Assembly: GCA_040954595.2 (NCBI GenBank) | Contig: CM082579.2 | Location: forward strand, 2,410,345 to 2,474,344 | Length of the DNA stretch: 64,000 bases | Direction: 5' to 3' | From: Balanoglossus misakiensis | Lineage: Eukaryota; Animalia; Hemichordata | Shown: in pieces, positions 40,701 through 51,944 of the stretch | Layout: the number at the start of each line of letters is the position of its first letter | How positions within the stretch are numbered: position 1 is the stretch's first letter | Translations under genes and position numbers: made by a program | The notes under the pieces: model-generated | What the model saw: the letters and a program-made list of their open reading frames with translations, nothing else | What the model was told of the DNA's origin: nothing | The model's database searches: none

Positions 40701-43096
40701 TATCTACCAAAGCAGTGTGATGTGTAATAACATACTCCCTTTTTTGACACTGCGCTGTTCATGCGCACTAGGTCTTGTGCTGACTTGTCCATCTGCACAT
40801 TGTGACACCTCGCCCTGCAAAAGGGCAACAGGCACCGACGCGCGCGGTCTGTATTAACTAATTACCTCCTGTTCCGGGTCTCAAATTCCTGTCGTAATTG
40901 GAGAACTTCACGATGCGGTCCAATGTCCTCGAGAGATTTCGATGTCTTTCCTCCTCCTCACAGCTTTCCAAAAACGTGGTGCAGTCATCACCCGAACCTT
41001 CGATGGAAGCAACCACCAACAAACAAACCCTGCCATCAAAAAAAGAGCAGACCCACATAATTACTTTGCAGTGCGTTATTAAAGCAATTTAAACATGCCT
41101 ATTAACAACCCAGAGTTATCTAGATTTGTCAGACTGTCCGTTCCGTGCAAGCTTGCGGCAATAATGGGCCATTTTCTTCCCGCTGCATCTCACTTATGAC
41201 GTCACTGCACCATACATAAAACATAAAGGATGATCACTAGATCCCACTACGCAGGTTGTTGTTCAGATACCGAGGCTGGTCAACGACGGACAGAAAAAAA
41301 GAACAATCCGTTCGCTGATCGCCCGACCGACCGTGCAGTGGCTTGAAAAATGGTAGCGCACGAAGATTCACTCAGCTAAAGACAACTACCAAAACTAACA
41401 AACATTAAGACGCAGACGTCATATTTTTCGCAGCTGTGCTCATTCATCCAGCGGAGGTTTATTTCTTTAAAACATTTACCGACTGAACATCGCACATATC
41501 AAAATGTCATCACAATTCCGAGGGAGAAGGGTGAAGTAGCCAATGCGAAATAAATAACTGGAAGTAACATTTTATATACATTTTATGTGGTGCTTATCTG
41601 AAACCATTCATGTATGCAATGCCTAGGCGTGCAAGCAACTGATCAACTGGAATATATTGGATTGGAAAATTAATAATTGATGGGATTCATCCACATTGTT
41701 TGAAATATTTTAACTATCTGTAATACTGGTCGTTTATCGTTCTCCACTACAAATAACTTTTGAATGCATGTTGCAAAGGGGTAACAGAAAAAACACTGGG
41801 GATTGACAGGTAATATTGCAGTGTAAATTTTAACAGTCAATTAAATTTTTATGATATTTCTCACTGCGAAAATTGTTCTGAAATTGCGAATGCCAGGGGA
41901 TATGTTTTGATTAACACGGAATTGACTGGCGATAACAATTAAATGACTGACTATTCTTCAAAACATTTGTCTACTATGTGTGTTAAAGTCCCTGAGCACG
42001 TCAAAATGAACCGTCTTTGCAACTATAACAACGATGGCAAATGCACAAGTCCTGCACCCCATCATCTTCTCAGATACTGTGAAAGGGACTAAGAAAATGT
42101 ATGCATTAAAACGGTTTAGTGGTATTTTTGTTGAGGTTGCTTGGCCCGGAGAATAATTTAATAGTCGTTTTACTGACTTAAGTCGTAAAACATGAAAGCA
42201 ATTGATGTTACAGCCTGGCATTTAGTTATATCGTACTCAGGAAATAGTCTAAGGATTGGGTCTAAATAATATAAAGTTTTATTGCCAGCTTTTGGTCCTA
42301 TGGCATGTGCAGACCTCACTGAACGCAAGCAGTTCTGTATATGAAGTTCTCATTACTTTGTCCAACCTGGCCTGTCACGTGATGCCGGACCCACCAGGTT
42401 GGTCAATTGAAACTTTGCCAACAAACGTTCGCAATCCAAGATTTGTGATATCCTCAGGCCTTCAATGTACCTCGAACAAATCCCATAAATTCTTTATGCC
42501 ATTAATCTCCCGTCGAAAGGGCAGAAACATTCACATCACAATAATCAATGACACATATCCTAGCAACAGGGTAACATTACAAAATGATGTAAGCCCCTAT
42601 CCCAAGCGCATGTCTGTCTGTCTGTCTGTGTATGTATGTATGTATGTATGTATGTATGTATGTATGTTATGTTATGTAATGTATGTATGTATGTACCGGT
42701 ATGTATGTATGTATTTATGTACATGTACGTATATGCGTGTATGTGTATTTCCCGTTGATAACAAGTGACATTGCCAAATTCAAGGTAAAGAGCGATGTGA
42801 AGTCTACGATTCAGACTGTAAGGCGGTGACATGCTTGCAAGAGGTTATAGCAAATCATCCCCATGCGTCACATTGTTTTCCGACTACCATCTGACACTGC
42901 ATGCACTTTATCGCAACCTAAGACAGACATCGTGTCATTTATATGAACGAAAGTCGACACACGTAAGGCCATCACCTACTAGCATTAGCAGTAATGGATA
43001 GCACTGAATGTATTTTCTGACCTACCTAAAACTGATCAACTGTACCAGTACAGCTGTGCGAATGCTTAGCAGCGTGGACGACGATTTCGCTAGCAT
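19548..43096 (-). CDS. GABA-A-type Cys-loop ligand-gated chloride channel subunit (alpha/gamma/GRD-8916-like clade), 9 coding exons, 489 aa: join(43096-43026, 41029-40866, 30320-30253, 25576-25356, 23921-23839, 22187-22053, 20978-20826, 20511-20276, 19886-19548)
   Basis: All introns are GT-AG with compatible phases, and exon lengths sum to 1470 nt. The protein has a signal peptide, [32 protein letters not shown], the Cys loop [15 protein letters not shown], and M1-M4. The 68/221/83/153-nt exons match the conserved GABA-A gene architecture. Confidence 0.95.
20276..20511 (-). CDS. GABA-R coding exon 8: M2, M3, start of the intracellular loop
   Basis: ttccgctcag|GT GTT TTG ACC ... GTT CGG|gtaaga; encodes [51 protein letters not shown]. 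Confidence 0.95.
20826..20978 (-). CDS. GABA-R coding exon 7 (153 nt): end of loop C, M1, start of M2
   Basis: attgcag|GT GAC AGA ... CTA G|gtacgt; encodes [42 protein letters not shown]. Confidence 0.96.
22053..22187 (-). CDS. GABA-R coding exon 6 (135 nt): loop B to loop C
   Basis: cctactcag|AT AGC TTC ... ATC G|gtaagc; encodes [29 protein letters not shown]. Confidence 0.93.
23104..23299. mobile_element. About 196-bp MITE with roughly 35-bp imperfect TIRs and TTAA/TTAC flanks (Kolobok-like)
   Basis: Left end ttaa|GGGGCTGTGGATATTTTAAAACACGCACATGAT; reverse complement of right end gtaa|GGGGTCGTGGATAATTTAAACACGTGCATGAT. Confidence 0.7.
23839..23921 (-). CDS. GABA-R coding exon 5 (83 nt): Cys loop
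   Basis: tcttacag|A CTA ACA ... GGA AGT A|gtaagc; encodes [27 protein letters not shown]. Confidence 0.96.
25356..25576 (-). CDS. GABA-R coding exon 4 (221 nt): loops D, A and E
   Basis: tttcttag|GAA TAC CAC TTA GAT GTG TTC TTC CGG ... CAA AG|gtatat. Confidence 0.96.
26090..26175. repeat. Imperfect (GGT/GAT)n trinucleotide microsatellite
   Basis: tgatggtggc...gatgatggtggtggtggtggtggtg... Confidence 0.8.
30253..30320 (-). CDS. GABA-R coding exon 3 (68 nt)
   Basis: gtctccag|GA CCA CCG ... AAC ATG|gtaagt; encodes [22 protein letters not shown]. Confidence 0.96.
30425..30487. repeat. 32-bp tandem duplication
   Basis: ATTGACAATCATTAACAAATATAATGTAAAT(C) occurs twice. Confidence 0.92.
31094..31237 (-). 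mobile_element. Degenerate 3' fragment of a CR1/L2-type LINE ORF2
   Basis: The minus strand reads NRAHVYEL ... (frameshift) [14 protein letters not shown], resembling the CR1 C-terminal TRGHxxKL...RVVNxWNSLP...SLNSFK motif. Stops and a frameshift are present. Confidence 0.45.
32176..32972. mobile_element. 797-bp non-autonomous DNA transposon with roughly 145-bp TIRs and a TTAA target duplication (Kolobok-like)
   Basis: TTAA|GATGGGTCCCTAGGATCTTTTTGC... and ...GCAAAAAGATCCTAGGGACCCATC|TTAA. The first 56 bp of the TIRs have 2 mismatches. RR...YY termini fit Kolobok rather than piggyBac (CCY...RGG). No transposase ORF. Confidence 0.88.
34620..34815. repeat. (TATG)n tetranucleotide microsatellite
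   Basis: About 195 bp of tatgtatg; this is the source of the HTYI/MYVC ORFs. Confidence 0.97.
40866..41029 (-). CDS. GABA-R coding exon 2: end of signal peptide and N-terminal helix
   Basis: ctttttttgatggcag|G GTT TGT ... ACA GGA G|gtaatt; encodes [24 protein letters not shown]. Confidence 0.92.
42612..42745. repeat. Compound (TCTG)n(TATG)n microsatellite
   Basis: Direct reading. Confidence 0.92.
43026..43096 (-). CDS. GABA-R coding exon 1 (signal peptide [24 protein letters not shown]); the whole exon is probably 43195-43026
   Basis: aacATG with an in-frame upstream TAA. The donor TTT AG|gtaggt is phase 2, matching the exon 2 acceptor. A strong acceptor ttctctgatttccttacag| lies at 43196. 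Confidence 0.82.
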
Positions 43097-43446
43097 GTTG
43101 CTTCTGTCTCCGTTTTCTTACCACCGGAAGATGAGGATGATCGAGACTTCCTGTAATGTTTACCCATTCACCAGTGTTTTCGTGTTAATGTATCTCTGTA
43201 AGGAAATCAGAGAAAATTCAGAGCCGCTGTCACGTGGTTGTAAGAGACACTGTATTAAAATCATTAACCGAGGTAGCATGTTGCCATAACAGCATGTTCG
43301 CGATTCTATTTTCTCCTCGAATGCCGATATTCAGGAGATTTTGTGAATCGCAATTAATTAACACTCGACGCTTTACCTGTTGTTAGCTATTGCCCGATGA
43401 GATTGTCGGCAAAACGCTAAGTATCCGGCAACGATCACTTACTTAC

Positions 43447-43870
43447 GAGCGAGTCGCCTGTTTTGTTCAGCGCAACCTGATGTCAGTCTGCCTCATGACC
43501 CCTATCCTCATGAAAGCAGACTATAGTGCAAACAAACAGCTCTTCACAATCGCTACACCGTACGGCGTTCGCCGCGCCGTGCCGCCCAAAACACAATTTC
43601 ACTGAGTGGTGTGTTTCCCTCGGTTGAATTCTGGGAAAGCCCGTCGGAAACGCCGCATAGCGACCCAGAGAAGGGCACTCCGATTGACGTAAATACATCG
43701 CCATCTCGGGAGAAAAAAATAAACTTCTCGATTTTCCGCCACGATCTATTCTCATCAGGCCAGTATATTTTATTTCCGCTGAGGCTATCCCAGGCTCTTC
43801 TTGCGTGGTTTATGGTGGAAGTAAATATGGCTAAATTCAATCAATTCGCCGTGCAGCCAGCGTGATGTAA
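43447..43870 (-). promoter_or_regulatory. Probable non-coding first exon and CpG-rich promoter region of the GABA-R gene (5' boundary unknown)
   Basis: Strong donor gctc|gtaagtaagt at 43446 pairs with the acceptor at 43196. Local CpG enrichment at 43550-43760. Confidence 0.5.
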
Positions 43871-46800
43871 GTGAGATGGAAATTGCCACCGATAATGCTA
43901 AACTAGTTCAGTTCTGTGATTTAGTTTGGGGGCCACTTCAGTGACAACTTTCCGTTTTGTTCCAACTTCAACTCGATGCAACACAGCTTGATGACCCCTG
44001 CATCCTTCAACAAAGCAACTATTAAATTAAATGACACTTAATAGTACATGTATGATGTACATACTAGGCCGGCGATGCATTGCACGTTTCAATCAGTCTT
44101 CCCGAAAAGTTATTCGGAGCAGGGAACTGGGAAGCAGATATGTGATGTGTGAAACCCACTGGAATGATTATTGCGAGAGGTGTTTCTTTTAAAGTGACGA
44201 ATGGTTGACAGTCGGTGAAACCACCGTCCGGTGGGAGAATTCATTGTGCGTAATTCATGCCCTCAAGGGTTCAAACCCTGAATGGCGTTCAGGTGTTTTA
44301 TAGTACTCGTCTTGTCTCTACTTTTACACTAGGCAGACATCAGACGCATTCCAAGTGTTAGATTTTCTTGCCAATATTTGCAGAAAGTTACTTATATAGT
44401 CATGTGTTTGCATAAGAGGACAGGCATAAAATAAAATGGTTAAAATTTGTCTCTTGGCAAGAATTGGTTTCAAAAGTTATAATGTTGCAGGAGCCACTGC
44501 ATACTGCAACGTCGATGTTTACAAATCATTGCACTTCAGTTTGTAGCGGTGTACATGTATAGTCAGTGTGGTGACTTTGGATCATTTTAGTCAAAGATAA
44601 GTTGTATACCGCGAAACTAGTATACATGATACACATTCATTCCACGTATATTATCCTGTATGCATCCGATATCAGCGAAAATGTGAAGCGTATTCTAATT
44701 TGATTATAAAGGTCAATGGAAAACGACAGCGACGTGAAATTGCTGGCTTTTCTGTTCAGCATCATAATTTTTGAGATGCTCCTTTGAATGAAATGTCATG
44801 CAACTGGTAATCCTATATCGGATCTATTTGTAGCGAGTAAACGTATTTACCGTAATTACTAGTATAAACCTAAGGTATATTCTTACAATTATAACCGAGG
44901 GCAACAAAAAACATAAATACTCAAGGCAAATAGCGTACAATGTGGGTTACTACTTCTGTTGGGTTATAATAATATCAAAATACAAGTTGAATACTTCTGA
45001 AGATGATATCACGTTATATTTTACACAGGTGGTGGTATGGATGATGAAGCTAAATAAATATTCGATATGCGTCAACGAGCCCGCGAACGCCCCGCATTCT
45101 GGAATGCGATTCACATCACTCAAGGACAATGTTGAATTACCTGACGTCTCCAACTAATTGCCAGTTCACCATTACAGAACATACAGGATGGCAATAAAAC
45201 TGGATAACAGTCGGAGAGATTGCTTTGAAATTACTCTCTGCAAATTGGTCTAAAAGGGGCCCGGTCCGTGTCGTATTCATGTACAGTAGGTAATGTAATA
45301 CAGCAGGGTCGCCGGGCGTTGAATGTAAAACAGACATTTCACACATTCAAAAGTAACTGGAACGAGATTACCTTGGCACAAGAACTCGACGGTGACGCCA
45401 CACTGAGTAATCATCAAATACTGAATTACGGGAAATTCCAAAATTTCGACGCCGTCGATGCAATATAGAAATCCAACATGTTCACATCGTACACATTCAT
45501 TTTAAACCTTAATTGTACTTCCTAATTACTACTTTAATTTTTCTCCAAACCAGTAGATTAGCAGCCATCCTGTCAATCAGTATTCATCAAGGAAGCGTAT
45601 GCTTTATTCCTGAAAATGAAATGGTTAACGACGTCCTTTCTCTTTACCCTGAAATGACTTCACACAATCAGGAATGACAGAAAGGTGTATAGCTCTGGCT
45701 TTACCGGGGGTTTCTACAGCTTTGTTCGACTATATGAATAGTTTACACCTGAGTAAGGACCCTAGATGCATTTCTGTCTGTCTGTCTGTCTGCATTATCT
45801 TTGACACACAGTTGAGAATTACTGCATCAATTAATTTCTTCAGTAGCAAAACCATCACAAATGGTGACAATTCTGATATCAGAATGCAGTCCCCTCAAAG
45901 GACTGTATTGATAGAATGGATTTCCACATCCGCTGACAGTAAGACCATATAAATTACATAAACCCAATTACAAAGTAAGACAAAATGTCATGTCTTCTCG
46001 GTCCGCTGGTTGATGACTATATTTATAGTGACAGTCTCACCCCAGGCGTTTAGTCTAGAGTTGCGCCGGTCGTTTCCTTCTGTCGAAATGTGTATTATCA
46101 CTTTTATTACACGGTACACAGGTGCCTAATAACTTCAAAAGCTACTACAACTAAGAGACATCACTTTGATTTATATATCTGGGATCTAAAACTAATGTTA
46201 TCTCATTCTCACAGACTTGCTGAGTGGTTGCTATCAATCTCACTTTATCCTTAAATATGAATTGTGTTAGTCCAATGACACTCAGTCTTGTACCCTACAG
46301 GTAGTTGATATGCAAGTTCACCATGCCCATGAGATTTTCAAGTAGTGGCTTTTATTAGTATTTCTTCGGAGATTGTGGTTTAGGCGATAATGTACTAAGA
46401 AAACACCCAACTGATGTGTTGTTACGAGGTTTACAACTGGCGCAGTTTAATAGAGAGATTTAGGTAACCTAGCTTCTAGAACTATGTTATCATGAAAGAA
46501 AAAATGTGAAATAGAGTGGTGCTTTGGTTTTACGTGTACATGGTAAACAAACCATTTGCAACAGTTTCATCTTCGAGTTTATAATGTGGTTGTTTTGTAG
46601 TTCACAGAAACCTTTAATGATGGAAAAACAGAAAAGAAAGCAATTTACTCCAATAGAGCAGATAGAAGTTATAGTCTAGAGTACACACAGAGGTCATGCA
46701 AAAGCTAATTCCCTCATTTCCCTGCAGACTTTACAACCGCTTTATATCAGACCTAAGTGGATTTTCTTATACGAAAAACTGCGGATTGCCCATAAATGTT

Positions 46801-49800
46801 AGCAAACTAGGTTGTTGTTAACCTATCTCCAGTTATGATCTTCAAGTAGATATGGTCAAGGCGATGGCTCAAAGTCAGGTTTCTCTACCAAGGAGAAGCC
46901 ACCGATATATTGAGGCCGCACATTGCTCCAATAATATACATTGTTGTGACCCTCCGAGATCTCGCGAGACGGTTAACATGATGGGCCACGTTTGTTTGCC
47001 CATTGTCACACGTCGACGAGAATGTCGTCCCATATAAACTGCCTAGCCACGAGATCTCACAGAGTTCGGAAAATCAGATCAAGCTTGATACCTTGACTTT
47101 TCACGGGGACTGGCAAATAAACATTAGAAAGAAGAGTAAAATGTTCAATCGCATTTTTTTTATGAGAGTTGAATAAAAATATCATTTGGAAGTCTCAACA
47201 ATAGCGAGCTTGCTGAGGCATCTGATAGGGCAAGGAGGTCAACCGATAAACACAACACATTGGACATGCACGGCTGTACAAACAGAATTAATCATTTGAT
47301 AACATCATTATGGCCACGCGAATAGTCACGAATATTTTTATCATCAAAAATCTACATCGTTTTGAGCCTCAGTTGCTTCCATTTTCCAGAAATACGTGCA
47401 TGACTTTTTTATGGATGCACGTCGACAGTATATAGTATATTCACCCATTTCTCTTTTTATTTGATAGACATTCTAAGTATAATACACTATGTCTGAATTT
47501 GCATGTGACTACAAACAATGAACCTATCATTATTTGCTCGTGTGGGTGTAATGGTTTGGAGAGGCAATTCTGCCTTCCTGGCAAAACACACAAAATCGAC
47601 CTACACTCACTTAGCAGAGATATTTTCCGAACCATAAAGAACCTAGACAGTGACATCATATAAGCCGTCGATGGAAGCTGCGTGAGGAAGGAGTTTTGAT
47701 CACAAGCAGACATCTCACTGGTCATTTATCAATGCCCAGTCTGGGGATATCATTCTATAGCTTTATATTGAAGGGCCTAGAATTCATTACTTTCAGTGCG
47801 TCTCTATTTGACAGAAACTTGCATGCGAAACCTGAACATTCGAAGTCTCGATGCAAAACACTTACCACCATTATAAGGTAGCAATCCGTGTACAATTGGC
47901 AAATTTTTGAAACAAAAATGGAAGGTTTGAACTCTTAATGATTATGGAGAGGAATGCCTAACAATTCTCCAGTAAAAAATACTTGGAACTAAAGATTCGT
48001 TTGAAGAATCTGTCAAGAAATACATAAAAACAAAATTATATGGGATGTGGCTTTGGCACTGTACATGACACAATTTGAATAGTACGAATTATGTTATATC
48101 ATAACATGTATGTAACCAAACCAGTCAAAACTGTCATTTCTCTAGCTGTACACGTTTGCCCCCAACGACGCATTACGGTAGCATTCGTTTTCACGTAAGC
48201 TTTTAGTATGGACAGCTATCTTTTCACACAAAGGATTATTGCTCATGTCATTGTGTGTTGCCATAGATGCATATCTTCGGTACTACAGATGATTTTAACA
48301 AGGGGAGGGGGGCTGAGCTCATCCTATCAGAGCGGCGTTTGCAACTGAAATTGAAAATTTGAGAAGTTTACCTCTGTTACATGATGACCACAAATCCGAT
48401 GATGGCACATTCTAGGTTTGGGAACGGCATGGTCCACAGCCTGAGTCCATCTGATGCAACGACCCGTGGGTTTTGCTTGACGACAGTTCCATTATATTCT
48501 ATATACTATTCTCATTTACATTTAGCTTCCTGATCACACCATTATCACGAAGTGTTTACTCTGCGTGATTGAATTTTTATTACATAACAGCGTCAAAGAA
48601 TGAATTTCTTAATCACCGGTCATGGTGTCTTTTGCGTCAGGTGGCGCCGAGGGGGAATATTAATCAAACATCGAGCATTACTAACAACTGCAGTCCAGGA
48701 TGTCATATTTTAGTTAGTCTACATGTAGGTGACTTGGTTACAGGTCCTTTGGGAACACCTCTCAGCATGTTCTCTACAATTATTGATTAATGACAGGGGA
48801 AAAAGAAAATGCATTCTTCACAATGTCACCTCCGCCGTTGGTTGCTAGGTGCAGCAAACCATTCACTTATTAAATGCCTGGATGAGGAAATGTGTAACCT
48901 CTTACTTTTTGTTCCGTCGTATCCTTGGGGAGGTTTTAATGAAAGTTCCCCAGCGACGTTCCATTAAAGGTTTATTTTGTAGCATACGTTTTGGATGTGG
49001 ACAGAATGATATTCCATGGTGCCACGTCATCGACGTGAAATATCCAAGACAATGTGTCTCTGAGGACCTTATACCTTTAAAAAGGGTATTTAACATTAAA
49101 CAGTTAGTGACTAGGTTACGATAGTCGTATGAGATTGTGGTGACAAATATACATGTAAATATTTGAGAACAGTCACATCTGTAGGGCATTCTGATCCAGT
49201 CTTACACGTACTATTTAAGCACTGTATGGGAACTCTTTTCTGAAGTTGTAATATCCGCAGTGCATGGGCCTTGTCTGCCTGTCTTCATATCTTTTTTCCA
49301 TTCCGTGACAATAGTCACGTGACATTCCTGATCAGGTACGCTCGTAGCGTCGTACATTTCCAATACTGTCTCGTATTTGAGCTTTCACTATAGTGTTTCT
49401 GAATCGGGAGTAGCATCCACCCTAATCAACGTCAACCCTGGAGTGGCGACTGCTGCAAAAAGGATTTTATCTTAACTTGGGGACATCGTAAAGCGGTGTT
49501 GAAATACATGGGGTACGCTCTGAAGTGTTCTCAAAGGGACTATTTTTAGTAGCTCTACTCACAGAGGACGGCGGCCTCCTACTCGTACTCAAACACTTTC
49601 CAAGCTTTTACATCTTCGTTTGTAATCTCAGCTTCGAATCATATACTATCGTAAAATCCACCCTCGAGCTATAAGATGTAAGCGCACAGACGCACCCCGC
49701 ATTTCCCCGTCAGAACACATTAGCTGATTACTCCCAGCATTGACGATATTTTCCCACTGAGATGGTTTTTAAAAATCATATCACTATTCTTTTGATGTTT

Positions 49801-51417
49801 TCTGATTTTGGGGGTTTATTTTTTTATCAGAGAGAATTCTGTTTTCACCAGTTATTGCAAAGCCTCTATCGACGTTTATATATATTATAATAGAAATTAT
49901 CAGAAAAGCTTCACAGTATGATTTGCATGGTTTTCGGTGAGTCGAGATCAAATGAATGGTTAAATTCCAACCCAGAAACACAAAGCCCATTCACCCATTT
50001 TCGAGATGAAATGAACTCGACACGTTATAAAATATTCCTCATCCAATTTCAAGTACACGGACAGAGGGTAAGATTTCTGCTGCTGTGATTGTGTGAAATG
50101 CCTCGAACGTCACCCTTGGCCTAATTCCCCACCTAGTTTTAAAATAACTGTGTTACAGTGGTGGCTGTCGATGGTTTATACATGTGTACACGTAAGCACT
50201 GTGATGTCATATTATACTTGTTTCGCTGCACACAGATCATAGCAGTGGCTATGTCATCAGTTTAATGGTGGCCTAAATGAAGTCGTACTGCAACAGTAAA
50301 AATGCATGTGATATTTTATTTATCATTGAAGGAAATCGAAACTAGCTTTATGGTGCTAACGGGGGCGCCAGAACATCACAGTGTTACACCAAACGATTCA
50401 GAGTGTGCGCTTATCACCCTTTCAGACAGTTTTTCAGACAGGTCTTTCTTGAGGAGAAGCAGAAAAGCCGCCGACATAATTGTCCCCCCCCCCCCCCTCC
50501 CCAAAGGCTTGATGTACTAGTCTGCTGTAAACCTCATTTCAAAATATCGCGATTTATCAGCTCTTGAGGGCGTAGGTACCACCAAGTGGAAGAATATATC
50601 GACACCTGGAGAACATCAAGATAGAGTATCACTTCAGATGCAACGCTGACGTCATCTCACTGATTAGAATCAATACTTGTGGAAAAATAGTCAGATACAG
50701 TAATATTGATAGTGGATGCCACATTAACTCTTGACAAACTACTAAATTTTGCTGAAATCTCACATCACCATCATCTAGGGCATTCAACGGGAATGAAATA
50801 TGTTAGACATGGGAGATATTCAACTCCGTATCAAGTACAAAACCCATGGAGAGAGAGAGAGGGGGAGGGGGAGGGAGAGGGAAAGGGAGTGTTGCGTCTG
50901 CTGATGTTTGAACTGTTCTTTAACATTTCAAGTCAACAACGTCTTGTGCATCGTTGACATGGTGAAAATCGTTCATTTTTATAGTGATTCCTTGTAAATT
51001 GTAGTCTAGTAAATTAAGGTAACGACAGTATTAGATAGGAACCTTGAAATCAACATCGTTCTCCTGAACAGTGACCTCAGCGACGAGATTTTTAATTTAT
51101 TTTGTTTTTATTTACGCAAAAGGAGAGCCAAGCGTCCTATGATATGTGTTCTTCTGTGAAAAAGATCATTGATCAACTTAGACATTGAATTGACCACTTC
51201 CGGGTATACAGTTTCAGTGACATTATCACACCAAAAAATTATGTAGCGGTGCGCCGGGAGAGTACGACATTCATGAGCGGTATGTACGTAAAAGTGTTAA
51301 CATGATTATGACTGATGCCCTGAAGACTCGTACTACATCATCAAGATTAGGCAAACAAAGTTCCTAATCAAAATTCAAGCCATCTTCCGAGTTCAAAAGT
51401 ACTAAATGTGAAGGAAT

Positions 51418-51431
51418 GTTACCACGGCAAC
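51418..51431. promoter_or_regulatory. RFX X-box-like palindrome GTTACCACGGCAAC
   Basis: Motif match only. Confidence 0.3.
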
Positions 51432-51930
51432 TTAAAAGTCTCAACCCCAAGTGGAAGTGGTGTGCAAAACAGTAGCTATGAATTCATACATGCGCCGCCA
51501 CAGTCGACTCCGTGTAACATGACCTGCATCGGTTAATAGCGTTTCATACTTCGTCGGAAAACATCACATTCGATTTTGCTACTGACAAAAAAATACGGCG
51601 TCCTTTCATACCATTCTGTGAACAATTGATTTCAGTCCAATTGCAAAGCTGACCTTAGACTACATGTACATATGGTCAGAGGATTTAATGTAATTTCTTT
51701 GTCGCAAGGACAAATTGTAAAATGTGATCTACGAAATCATATTATAATTGTGCAAACAAGTTAAACCATATGGCTTTGTCTCAGTAAGTAGACAGCCAGA
51801 CAGACAGACAGACAGTTCCGGTTATAGAAAATTGAAAAAAAAAACTTATAAGGTTATCAATTTACATTTCCGTTATTTAAAGTTTTAATATCCGTTGAAG
51901 GTATTTGTCACCTACGAAAATCTAGCAACA

Positions 51931-51944
51931 GTTACCATGACAAC
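51931..51944. promoter_or_regulatory. RFX X-box-like palindrome GTTACCATGACAAC
   Basis: Motif match only; an adjacent CTAGCAAC half-site is present. Confidence 0.3.

Noticed and set aside
41030-41058. ORF-track start MWVCSFFDG as the receptor N-terminus
   Set aside because: This stretch is the polypyrimidine tract and acceptor. A phase-matched upstream exon gives a better signal peptide.
44200-44295. tRNA/SINE-like GGTTCAAACC hairpin
   Set aside because: No A-box at a suitable spacing and no cloverleaf.
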